Of a stretch of DNA of 64,000 nt, positions 1 through 8,963 are shown in pieces. This DNA is from Chitinophagaceae bacterium. GTDB taxonomy: Bacteria; Bacteroidota; Bacteroidia; Chitinophagales; Chitinophagaceae. The stretch covers positions 387 to 64,386 of the forward strand of contig JANOEQ010000108.1 in NCBI GenBank assembly GCA_031441485.1, in the 5' to 3' direction. The notes under the pieces are model-generated. The model searched no databases and was not told the DNA's origin. It saw only the letters and a program-made list of their open reading frames with translations. The translations under genes were made by a program, and so were the position numbers. Position 1 is the stretch's first letter, and every line of letters starts with the position of its first letter.

Positions 1-1
1 T

Positions 2-538
2 TTGACTTTTCTTACGCTTTACAGAAGGCTGTTTCCCAATTATTGTTCAACAATGGCCTGGAGCCTGATGCCAAATCATTTTCATTTCATGATACATACC
101 GATGAGAGATGTACTACTTTGATAAAACAAGGAGGAATTTTTATTGATCCGGTGACAAACAGTATCAGAAAGCTCTTAAGTGGATATGCAAGAATTTTCA
201 ATAATCAATACCAGCAAACGGGCTCAGTATTCAGGCAAAAAACAAAATCAAAATGCCTGTCTGCCATAGAAATCAAACCTGACAGCGAATACCTGATACA
301 GGACTATTATGTAAATTGTTTTCATTATATCCATCAAAATCCAATGGTGGCTAAATTGGTTAATAAAATGGAAGATTGGGAGTTTTCATCCTTCAGGGAC
401 TATGCAGGTTTACGTGATGGAACGCTGTGCCTGAAAGAACTTGCAAGGATTCATTGTAATTACAATCCATCTAATTTTATTGAAAAATCAAATGCATTGG
501 TAGATGAAAAGATTATTCCGCAACTCAAACTTAGCTGA
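2..538 (+). CDS. Y1 (HUH) tyrosine transposase, IS200/REP-associated (RAYT-like); probably 5'-partial at the window edge
   Basis: HUH-type motif MPNHFHFMIHT and a catalytic-Tyr region YIHQNPMVAKLV typical of the Y1_Tnp family. The frame is open to the first base of the window, and the tracked start is only TTG. Confidence 0.75.
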   Translation: MTFLTLYRRLFPNYCSTMAWSLMPNHFHFMIHTDERCTTLIKQGGIFIDPVTNSIRKLLSGYARIFNNQYQQTGSVFRQKTKSKCLSAIEIKPDSEYLIQDYYVNCFHYIHQNPMVAKLVNKMEDWEFSSFRDYAGLRDGTLCLKELARIHCNYNPSNFIEKSNALVDEKIIPQLKLS

Positions 539-651
539 CCGATATGGTCTGCCAAATTTAAAAGGTCAACCATCATGCATGGTGTATTTTTCCTACATTT
601 ACATTGGTCAGACCGGGACGGTCAGACCAATAAAACCAAAAACAACACACC

Positions 652-1008
652 ATGCAAGCAACAGTTGTCGACTTCGCCAAAGACCGGGTTATTTATAATA
701 TGACCGGCTGCACAAAAGAGGAACTGGAAAACAAGATCAATTTATTCTTTACCTCCGAAGGATATACTGCAAAAGAAAAAGCCGTCGATACCTATACCTT
801 CACCAAAGGGAACAGGGTACTGCGTTTGTTATTTGGCGCTTTTGTAAAATACCATAAACAGTCGGTTATAGTTAAACAGGATGGTGAACTCTTCTCGGTA
901 ATGTTGCATAAGGATTCATCCGGCATGTCTGGCGGGCTTATTGGCATGAACCAGGTGAAAAAAGAATTTGCCCGATTATCTGAAGCCTTTAGGGAATATT
1001 TTAAATAG
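652..1008 (+). CDS. hypothetical protein (118 aa)
   Basis: Clean ATG ORF ending 12 nt upstream of the next same-strand gene. No motif recognised. Confidence 0.4.
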   Translation: MQATVVDFAKDRVIYNMTGCTKEELENKINLFFTSEGYTAKEKAVDTYTFTKGNRVLRLLFGAFVKYHKQSVIVKQDGELFSVMLHKDSSGMSGGLIGMNQVKKEFARLSEAFREYFK

Positions 1009-1020
1009 CCCGAACAAAGC

Positions 1021-1701
1021 GTGGGATCAGTTCAAATAGATAATCAGCAAATAGGGATTTATTCGCACCTGATTACTTATGGAAATGCGGCTAATACTGC
1101 ATTAACAGAATTGATACGGGATGAAATAGAAACATTGTGGAATGAACCAATGGCAGGTATAAGTCTGGATAGAATAACACGCACTGTGAGGTTCTTCATT
1201 ACGGCTTCTTTTCAGCCAGCCATTACTGATATTGATATTTATTCAAACCTTGATCCCCGGAATAATTATTTCCGCATTGAAGAATTTGCTTACGGCAATA
1301 TTTCCTTTGTAGATGGTATTGGCTGCAACAGCGGCTATTTAAAACTGGAGAACCTGTATAAAGGATCCACTACCGCCGCACATGAATACGGCCATACGAT
1401 CGGCCTCGATCACCCTGACGATCTTGATCTGAGAGGGAAAGGTACCCCCGGCATTATGTATCCAAGAGGAACCCTTGTAGACCCGCAATACCAGTATGAA
1501 GCGGATAAGCCGGCCGGCACCAAAGGCGGCACACTTTACCCTATCTACCGGAAAGTAATGCAGCAGGATATTGACAATTTAAACCTTCAGCAGCTGGTGT
1601 ATCAAAATAACCTGGCAGTACTTGGTGATTTTACCAGTGTCTGGCATCCTGACCATGCTACGACAGCGGCAGAAAAAAATGAAGGGCCTCAGCAAACTTA
1701 G
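1021..1701 (+). CDS. metzincin-like zinc metallopeptidase with no signal peptide
   Basis: HEYGHTIGLDH matches HExxHxxGxxH, and a downstream GIMYP resembles a Met-turn. GTG start. The N-terminus is not hydrophobic. Confidence 0.7.
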   Translation: MGSVQIDNQQIGIYSHLITYGNAANTALTELIRDEIETLWNEPMAGISLDRITRTVRFFITASFQPAITDIDIYSNLDPRNNYFRIEEFAYGNISFVDGIGCNSGYLKLENLYKGSTTAAHEYGHTIGLDHPDDLDLRGKGTPGIMYPRGTLVDPQYQYEADKPAGTKGGTLYPIYRKVMQQDIDNLNLQQLVYQNNLAVLGDFTSVWHPDHATTAAEKNEGPQQT

Positions 1702-1718
1702 TTTACCACCGTAAAAAA

Positions 1719-1743
1719 TTAACCCCATCGTTGATGGGGTTAA
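1719..1743. terminator. hairpin between convergent genes (bidirectional terminator candidate)
   Basis: ttAACCCCATcgttgATGGGGTTaa has an 8-10 bp stem flanked by an A-run and T/A-rich sequence. It lies between the 1021-1701 (+) and 1814-2383 (-) genes. Confidence 0.6.
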
Positions 1744-1813
1744 TAATGAATAATCATGCTCAAAGGTTTCCGCTGGTGGTTGACGATGGCTTAAAAGTGG
1801 CAACCAGCTTCTT

Positions 1814-2383
1814 TTATTGTTTTTTATCCTTTTTTGTTTTCCTGCTCATCCAGATATAGTTCACAATTTCACGGGTGGTACGTAATTTTTTTTCCAGTAA
1901 ATCGGGACGGTAGATGTCCGGCTTGTTATTTTTTATCCTGCATACTTCGGGGTCTGTAAAGGCATAGGTATAAAAAGTATTCAGCAAAATTTTATCCATG
2001 TCCATAAGGCTGTCGTAAAGTACAAAAGTGCCAACCACCACATTACGGTGGGCTGTATCTGTTTGATAAAGATTGATCATTTGCCAGAATGCTTTTTTCA
2101 ATTCCATCTGATTCAGCAATGCTACAGCAGCGGGCCAGTTGTATACTTCCGGGTATACCGTTTTTCTGTATTCAGAGTCTCTCAGCAGCTTCACCACTTC
2201 TTCCTTTACATAAAAGGAATCATTTTTCTTTTCCACTCCCAGTCCGTTCAGTTCAGTCATCCAGCGTTGCCAATACGCCACACTTTGTACCGATGTATCA
2301 ATACGCATCATGGCAGGCGGCTGACAATACCCTTTTGAACCGAAGAAGGCTGCTGCAATAACAAGTACTAATTGTTTTCTCAT
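1814..2383 (-). CDS. secreted hypothetical protein (189 aa)
   Basis: N-terminal signal-like segment MRKQLVLVIAAAFFGSKGYC. Its ATG overlaps the stop of the upstream fibre-like gene (ATGA, 2380-2383). Confidence 0.55.
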   Translation of the reverse strand: MRKQLVLVIAAAFFGSKGYCQPPAMMRIDTSVQSVAYWQRWMTELNGLGVEKKNDSFYVKEEVVKLLRDSEYRKTVYPEVYNWPAAVALLNQMELKKAFWQMINLYQTDTAHRNVVVGTFVLYDSLMDMDKILLNTFYTYAFTDPEVCRIKNNKPDIYRPDLLEKKLRTTREIVNYIWMSRKTKKDKKQ

Positions 2384-5300
2384 TTAAATGCTTTTTTAGG
2401 CTGCTCACTGGTTTTATTACCTGTATTTACATTCAGCATAGTTTCAATAGCTTTCAGACGTTCTTCTGTTTGCTCTGCTTTTTTCTGCATCCCCCCGATA
2501 ATATTCAGGAAGTCGTGATTATGTACCCCCACCACTGTATTCACCATCTTGGGGCCGTCTTTTGGATTTGAATCCCAGGAGCGGCCTACTGCAAGTTTAA
2601 AGTCTTCCACTTTCATATCTTTCGGATGTATGGCAATACCATAACCAGGTATTTCGCTTTTGGCAACAATATAATCACCTGATTGTACCGCACCGATCAC
2701 TTTTACAGGTATCTGCCCCATAAAAGCGATATTATTACCCAATACAGTTTTTGATTCGGCAGGCACATTACCAAGCACAATTGGTTTTTTGGAAACAGCC
2801 ATTATCTGTTCTGCACCGGCAATGTCTTTGGTTATTTTTCCGCCTTTTACCGCCACAATATCCCCAAAGCTGATATCCTCTTTCGGGTTTGCTCTTTCCA
2901 GCCATTCTGCATAGTCGCCGTTGCCGGAAGAATATTCAATACCAATACTATTATAATCCCCTACCATACCGGATACACCTGCAACGATGCTTATAAAATC
3001 ATCCACAATGTCAATACCGATAAATTCAGCAGCCAGTTCCAGTAATTTTTGCCCGTCGAAATAATCATACGAAAAATTCTGAATGGATTGCGCCCTGATG
3101 GCTCCCAGTTTCCTGTTGTCCTTATCTACAAATGAGATGTATTCGTTTTCCTTGCTCAGGGAATTAGTTACATCATTAAATACAAATACCGGGAATGCAA
3201 GTGTGGGGAGACCTGTACAATTTATTTGTGGCAGCCTGGGCATTACAGTGATATTGGACGGAAGAACGTTTACAGAAGGGATATCCAATGCCGGAATGCG
3301 GATTGCAGGAATATCAGGAATCCCGGGAGGCATAGTCAGGCCTCCGAAAATAGTTGTCTGGTCCCAGATATGTATTGCCGGTGTACTGTAAGGCCCAATC
3401 GTATAAGGAAGGTTCAGGGCATTGTTAATATTGGTGGTTATGTAATTCGTAAGGTTACACATTGTACCCACCAGGTATTGCGATGGCATCAGGTTGATCA
3501 GGTCATCCCAGCTAAAAGAATCGTTTCCATATATCCAGTCTCTTATCTGGTTCACTTGCGTTTCCACTCCCTGTGTTACCGGGTTGGTTACATTCGCATA
3601 GGCGCTTCCGTTCCATCTTGGATGCGTCCGGCCCAGTTTGATAATGATACCATCACTCTTGGTGCTGCCATCTGTATTTTCAAATATGGCCACTGCAGTA
3701 TCCGTTGCAGCAGCATTTATTTTTAATGTCTTGCTGATGTTCAATCCGTAATATGTATCCACTGCACCCGCAATACTCATTTTATCTCCATTATCAAATA
3801 CCTGTGAATTACCAATAACCGTTCCATTAGGGGTCCACTTCGGTACAAAATTCGTAGTGCCTGATCCGCTTACCAAACCAACCGATGCAGCATTCTGCCA
3901 GGTGGCATTTCCTGATCCGTCAACAGTAGCCATTACTTTTCCGGGAGCTTCACTTACTCCGGTAAATTGTATGGCACCAACTGTACGCAAGGCTTTAGGA
4001 CTTGCATTGCTGCTGTTGAAACTGGCTGCAAAACCGGTACCTGCTGTATTTACTTCTAATGCATTGGCAGTATTAGCTGCGTTGGTGGCATTAAACAATG
4101 CAGCCCTTCCTAAACCGGCCTGGTTTGATTGTAAGTTGTTCGCTGTGTTGGCCGCATTACTTTGAATGAATAAACCTGCGCCATTTGTACCAGAGCTGGT
4201 ACCTCTTATTGCCCAACTGGCACCCGTACCATTTGTTACTGCACTTAATGCATCGGCAGTACTGGCTGCATTATTTACCTGGAAGAAACCTGCACGGCCA
4301 ATCCCGGTATTAATTGAATTAATAACATTATTTGTACCGTTTGAACCGGCATCTATCGCAAAATTTGCATTTGCTGCATTAGCAATATTAAATAAACCAG
4401 CTTTACCAGTTCCTGACATTAATGACTGAATACCATCGCCAGCTCCATTGGAAATGGACGATAAGCTGGGAGCCGTATTAGCTGCATTCGTATTTAAAAA
4501 TTGTCCAGCACGGCCGAGACCATTGGTTGATACCTCCAGTACATTGCTGGTGTTCGCCGCATTATTCACGGTTATTACCTGGCCTTTTCCAAGCCCGGTC
4601 ATATTTACATTCACTCCATCACCGGGGCCATTAGTAAGCACCCGCAATGTGGCTGCTGTATTGGTGCTGCTTGTATTCTGAAAATAACCTGCATTACTGG
4701 AACCGGTATTTGGTTGAAAACCCATTACAGAAGGACCGGTTACAGATTGGCCATAAACACCAGTACCTGTAGTACTGTTTCCATATACACCCACTCCGCC
4801 GGGAGTAGTTCCGTACACACCGGAGCCTGTTCCGTTTTGCGTTCCGTATACACCCACCCCATTGGCAGTGGTGCTGTTGTTTTGCCCGATGATACCCGCT
4901 GAAAAAATACCGGGAGATGGTGATGTGATAATACCTCGCAGTGCCGTTGCATTATTGGCTGTGGAACTTGTCAACCCTTCAAATGCAAGGCTCGTGGGAT
5001 TATTTCCTGAGTTTATTACTTTGAATAAAGGGACTTCCTCATTCTGTGTTTTATTAAAAGGCAGTACAATATCTCCTGATTGTGTGGTAAACAAAGCATA
5101 CGGAACGGAGGTCAGTTGTGTGGTGCCAATATCTTTTAATGTAGTGCCCCCTTCAGGATCAATCTCTACCTGCATCCACTTAGTACCCACATTCCAGTTA
5201 GCACCGGCAATAGAACCGGTAACAGAGGTGGCACCGGCACCTCCCACCTGTACATTAAATAATCCGAAAGCATTGGTGGTAAGTACTCTGGTTTCGGTAT

Positions 5301-5484
5301 ACACTACAGAACCTATTGCGCTGCCATCATGAATGGTCAGCCGCAACCTGATGGTCTTATTCACCAGTGCATTACCGGCAGCATTACGGGCCACACCCTG
5401 GTAATTAAAAAAGGCCGGTGCCTGTGCTTTTGTGATAACGGTGAACAGCAACAGTACTGATAATGTTAATAATAATTTTCGCAT
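2380..5484 (-). CDS. large secreted fibre/adhesin-like repeat protein (1034 aa)
   Basis: Signal peptide MRKLLLTLSVLLLFTVITKAQA. About seven tandem 25-37 aa repeats of form G-x-G-(K/R)-A-G-x-F-x3-NAANTA (DNA ~3980-4620). The C-terminal part has GDYAEWLE...GDIVAVKGGKI, reminiscent of phage tail-fibre/neck-appendage C-termini. No T9SS CTD seen. Confidence 0.8.
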   Translation of the reverse strand: MRKLLLTLSVLLLFTVITKAQAPAFFNYQGVARNAAGNALVNKTIRLRLTIHDGSAIGSVVYTETRVLTTNAFGLFNVQVGGAGATSVTGSIAGANWNVGTKWMQVEIDPEGGTTLKDIGTTQLTSVPYALFTTQSGDIVLPFNKTQNEEVPLFKVINSGNNPTSLAFEGLTSSTANNATALRGIITSPSPGIFSAGIIGQNNSTTANGVGVYGTQNGTGSGVYGTTPGGVGVYGNSTTGTGVYGQSVTGPSVMGFQPNTGSSNAGYFQNTSSTNTAATLRVLTNGPGDGVNVNMTGLGKGQVITVNNAANTSNVLEVSTNGLGRAGQFLNTNAANTAPSLSSISNGAGDGIQSLMSGTGKAGLFNIANAANANFAIDAGSNGTNNVINSINTGIGRAGFFQVNNAASTADALSAVTNGTGASWAIRGTSSGTNGAGLFIQSNAANTANNLQSNQAGLGRAALFNATNAANTANALEVNTAGTGFAASFNSSNASPKALRTVGAIQFTGVSEAPGKVMATVDGSGNATWQNAASVGLVSGSGTTNFVPKWTPNGTVIGNSQVFDNGDKMSIAGAVDTYYGLNISKTLKINAAATDTAVAIFENTDGSTKSDGIIIKLGRTHPRWNGSAYANVTNPVTQGVETQVNQIRDWIYGNDSFSWDDLINLMPSQYLVGTMCNLTNYITTNINNALNLPYTIGPYSTPAIHIWDQTTIFGGLTMPPGIPDIPAIRIPALDIPSVNVLPSNITVMPRLPQINCTGLPTLAFPVFVFNDVTNSLSKENEYISFVDKDNRKLGAIRAQSIQNFSYDYFDGQKLLELAAEFIGIDIVDDFISIVAGVSGMVGDYNSIGIEYSSGNGDYAEWLERANPKEDISFGDIVAVKGGKITKDIAGAEQIMAVSKKPIVLGNVPAESKTVLGNNIAFMGQIPVKVIGAVQSGDYIVAKSEIPGYGIAIHPKDMKVEDFKLAVGRSWDSNPKDGPKMVNTVVGVHNHDFLNIIGGMQKKAEQTEERLKAIETMLNVNTGNKTSEQPKKAFK

Positions 5485-5560
5485 GTCAAGTGTTTTTGGT
5501 AGTTAAATTGTCAGTGTATAAGGTAAAATGGCTTATGGGCTCAGGGTTTACAATTTTATG

Positions 5561-6118
5561 TTATCGCAGTTTAATAATTTTTAATCCGCTGTGTCTTTTA
5601 ACCTGGTTCAGGTTAAAGCTGTTATATGGATCTGGCGTAAGTGTGGCGGAAACAAAATAGATACCTGCCGGCAGGTTGCTGATATCATAGTGTTCTATAC
5701 GGCAGCAACCGGCATAACGGAAGCTTCTTTTCTCATAAACCCTTCCAAGCATATCCACCAGTTCGAGGTCCATCTGGCCAGTTTCCCTTACAAAAAAATT
5801 GATCTCAAATTTTCCCGTATTGGGATTAGGCATAATTTTAAAATCTCCGGGTAAAAAATCAGCCGCAAGAGGAGTAAATCCAGGTTTATCGGTACAGGGC
5901 TGCAACACGCCCTGGTATATTATAAAGGAACTGTCGGCAGGTGCGACCGTATTAACCAGGGTAAGTTCACCAATACTCCATTCAAAATAGCGGAAATAAG
6001 AATTGGGATCGTTGTAAGAGCCCCCGCCTGCATTGGTTACGGTGGGAGTAGCGCTTTGTGCAATGCCCGCTATTCCAAAAAACGCAAAGGCAATAGCTGT
6101 TAGGAGAAGTTTTGGCAT
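5561..6118 (-). CDS. small secreted protein with a T9SS C-terminal sorting domain (185 aa)
   Basis: Signal peptide MPKLLLTAIAFAFFGIAGIAQS. The C-terminus (KIMPNPNTGKFEINF...LPAGIYFVSATL...KIIKLR) fits a type-A Por/T9SS CTD. Confidence 0.75.
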   Translation of the reverse strand: MPKLLLTAIAFAFFGIAGIAQSATPTVTNAGGGSYNDPNSYFRYFEWSIGELTLVNTVAPADSSFIIYQGVLQPCTDKPGFTPLAADFLPGDFKIMPNPNTGKFEINFFVRETGQMDLELVDMLGRVYEKRSFRYAGCCRIEHYDISNLPAGIYFVSATLTPDPYNSFNLNQVKRHSGLKIIKLR

Positions 6119-6223
6119 GTCAGTGTTGGTTAATGAAATACCAAACTACTGACTCAAACAGGTGAAAAGAGGTAATTGTATGTGAACAGCGGGAAATTGT
6201 ATGTAAAAAAGGTGTGCCTGTAG

Positions 6224-7000
6224 CTAACGCAGGTTGAAGCGGTCCATAAATTCCTGCCGGTAATTCCGCCCAATCGGTATTTCGTGGTTGCCGATCCGGA
6301 TTAGCTGGTCATCAAAAGAACTGATCTCATCGAGATTGACAGCATAGGAACGGTGAATACGGACCAGCCGGGAAAACCGAAGCCGTTCCAGCAAATCGGC
6401 CAGGGATAAGCGTAAAATGAATTTCTGGCTTACGGCATGGATATTAACGTAGTTGTTATCAGCTTCTGCAAATAATATTTCCGACAATTTAAATTTTACA
6501 AACCTGTAATTCTGTTTGATGAAAACATAATCTTTCATTTGAAGAATATGTTCCTTCTCATTTTTTTTCTCAGCAGCTGATCCTTCGATGGATAATACTT
6601 TTCCGGGTGCTGCGTGTTTGGTTTCCGCAAAATGGTGGATCGCCAGATCTATTGCAATGCGAACATTTTCTATACTGTAGGGTTTGGTAAGAAATGCGGA
6701 AGGGTTGGTATGTTTTACCCTTTCCACAGTGGCCGCATCAGTAAACGCGGTAAGATAAATAAGCGGCACCGGTTTTATTTTCATCAGGGCAGTGGCTGTT
6801 TCCACCCCGTCACGGCTGCCATAGATATTAATATCCATCAGCAATATGTCCACCTGGTTTTGTGTGTACAGCATTAGCGCATCCTCAAAATTATCAGCTA
6901 TCCCCACCACGGTGTACCCGTCATGCTCCAGGCCAGCCGACAGGTCCATTGCCACTATCGACTCATCTTCCACAATCATTACTTTTACTGATTCAGGCAT
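6224..7000 (-). CDS. LytTR-family response regulator
   Basis: Receiver domain (VMIVEDESIVA...ILLMDINI) plus a C-terminal LytTR DNA-binding region (YVNIH...RIHRSYAVN). Confidence 0.9.
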   Translation of the reverse strand: MPESVKVMIVEDESIVAMDLSAGLEHDGYTVVGIADNFEDALMLYTQNQVDILLMDINIYGSRDGVETATALMKIKPVPLIYLTAFTDAATVERVKHTNPSAFLTKPYSIENVRIAIDLAIHHFAETKHAAPGKVLSIEGSAAEKKNEKEHILQMKDYVFIKQNYRFVKFKLSEILFAEADNNYVNIHAVSQKFILRLSLADLLERLRFSRLVRIHRSYAVNLDEISSFDDQLIRIGNHEIPIGRNYRQEFMDRFNLR

Positions 7001-7001
7001 A

Positions 7002-8903
7002 TCAGGCTGCTTTTTCTTTTTGATACGGTATGATTAATGTGTAGCTGGTTCCCTTATCTGTTTTTACTGAACAGGTTGCTTTTAATTGTTTGGTAAGGGC
7101 CTGTATCAGTTTTTTACCAAACCCTTCCTGCTTATTGGCAGTAATATCCATTCCGGGGCCATTATCTGCAATCTGCAGTTGCAACTGACTATCACTTGCC
7201 TGCATTGTAATGGTGAGTGAGGGGCGGGCTACGTTTTCGTAAGCATATTTAAATGAATTGGTAATAATTTCATTTACCAGTAAGCCCATTGGCATTACCG
7301 TGTCCACATCAAGCATTTCCTTTTCCAGTTTAATACTGAGATCAAATTTATCCGGTTCATACCCGTATGCCTTCATCAGTGTATCTGCCAGGTCTGACAG
7401 GTATAATTTGAAATTCACCATCGTTACATCTTCCACCTGGTACAGGCGCTGATGCATGAGCGACATGGCCTGTACCCGCAACTGGCTTTCCCGCATTGCC
7501 GCCGCACTTTCTTCATCCTTCAGCCGGTAACTCTGCAGGTTCAGCAGACTGGATACGATCTGCAAATTATTTTTTACCCGATGATGCAATTCTTTCATCA
7601 TCCATTGCAGTTTTTCCGACTGCTGGCTGATTTTTTGCTGCTGCAATTGAGAACGCCTCTTCTGCAACCATACCACTGATAGTAACAGTAATAATAAAAC
7701 GGCCGTACCACCCAGCCACCATAGCCGCTGGCTCTTTGTTTTATTTAGATTATCGAGGAAACCAATACGGCTTTCTTTATCCCGGGTTTCATATTTCGTT
7801 TGCATGTCTGCTATCTGCCGGCTCTTTTCCAGGTTGTTGATTGAGTCAGAAATGGCAACGGACTGCTGAAAATAAAACAAGGCCGAATCATACTGTTTCA
7901 TTTTTTTATGTACCTCCCTAAGCATCGAATAGGCATTTACCAGCCGGAAAGGTGCTTTGATCTCTTTACTTAATGCCAGCATTTTATGGGCATACAGATT
8001 AGCCTGCTGAATATCCTTCATATTCAGGTATATACCTGCAATGGTGTTATAATTATGGGTAAGGCTTAGCTGGTTCTTTCTTTCTGTATTAAATGCCACA
8101 GCCTTCATCTGGTAATCCAGGGCTTTTGCATAATCCCGGTAATGCTCATTATACACCTGGCTGATATTGTTATACAATTTACCCAGTTGATCCTGCCCTT
8201 CGCCTTTTTGGTTTATTATCTCAATCCCTTTTGTGTATAAGAGAAAGGCGCTGTCCATCAATGCTGACCGGCCGGTGGTTTTACTCATGTCCCGGAGTAT
8301 AATGCCCTGTTCATTCAAACTACTAATAACCTCAGGCAGGTAATTTTCTTTCTCTGCCATTTGTTGTGCTTCTCTTGAAAGCAGGAGACCTTTTTTCTGG
8401 TATTCAACTGTTCCTTTTTCACCTCCCATTTCTTTATAGCAATCTGCCAGCAAAATTTTGGCTTTAATCAGCTGTTTCTTTAACTGAAGGCTGTCATATA
8501 CGGCTATTATTTCCAGCACGAGTTCAATAGCACCTGCATAATTTCCTTTTCTGCGCTGGTAATTAGCTTCCATTGATTTGGCATCTGCCACCCCTTTGGA
8601 AAATGAGAGGTGGATGGAAAGTTCCAATGCCTTTATTGCATAATAGTGTATTGAGTCAAAATCCGTTTGACTGAAAACTGCTGCCCTGGATAATAAGGCT
8701 GACACTACTGCAGTGTCTTGCTGTATACTGTCCGCTGCACCAGTGGGAAGAACTGACAATTGGACATTACTATCTTTCTTTTTGGGAGAACAGGATTGAG
8801 TAAATGCAATAAAAAACAATGGCAATAAAAAGCAATACCATGTCTTCAGAGGAGTTCTGCATACAGGTGCAAGGAAGAAGTGTCTATGGAATGAAAGGTT
8901 CAT
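7002..8903 (-). CDS. sensor histidine kinase with a TPR-like N-terminal region (HisKA_2-type H box)
   Basis: The H box ELHHRVKNNLQIVSSLL follows one TM segment (WWLGGTAVLLLLLLSVVWL), then a HATPase region (NGPGMD...GFG). The gene sits 1 nt from the LytTR regulator. Confidence 0.85.
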   Translation of the reverse strand: MNLSFHRHFFLAPVCRTPLKTWYCFLLPLFFIAFTQSCSPKKKDSNVQLSVLPTGAADSIQQDTAVVSALLSRAAVFSQTDFDSIHYYAIKALELSIHLSFSKGVADAKSMEANYQRRKGNYAGAIELVLEIIAVYDSLQLKKQLIKAKILLADCYKEMGGEKGTVEYQKKGLLLSREAQQMAEKENYLPEVISSLNEQGIILRDMSKTTGRSALMDSAFLLYTKGIEIINQKGEGQDQLGKLYNNISQVYNEHYRDYAKALDYQMKAVAFNTERKNQLSLTHNYNTIAGIYLNMKDIQQANLYAHKMLALSKEIKAPFRLVNAYSMLREVHKKMKQYDSALFYFQQSVAISDSINNLEKSRQIADMQTKYETRDKESRIGFLDNLNKTKSQRLWWLGGTAVLLLLLLSVVWLQKRRSQLQQQKISQQSEKLQWMMKELHHRVKNNLQIVSSLLNLQSYRLKDEESAAAMRESQLRVQAMSLMHQRLYQVEDVTMVNFKLYLSDLADTLMKAYGYEPDKFDLSIKLEKEMLDVDTVMPMGLLVNEIITNSFKYAYENVARPSLTITMQASDSQLQLQIADNGPGMDITANKQEGFGKKLIQALTKQLKATCSVKTDKGTSYTLIIPYQKEKAA

Positions 8904-8963
8904 TCAGAGTGTAAAATATGCAATCCTTCCTTATTAATGAAACTCCGTTTGATTTACAGCATA

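Noticed and set aside
3083-5332. Several 60-166-aa + strand ORFs antisense to the fibre-like gene
   Set aside because: These are shadow ORFs generated by the Gly/Ala/Asn/Thr-rich repeat codons of the 1034-aa minus-strand gene. They have no motifs and no independent starts or contexts.
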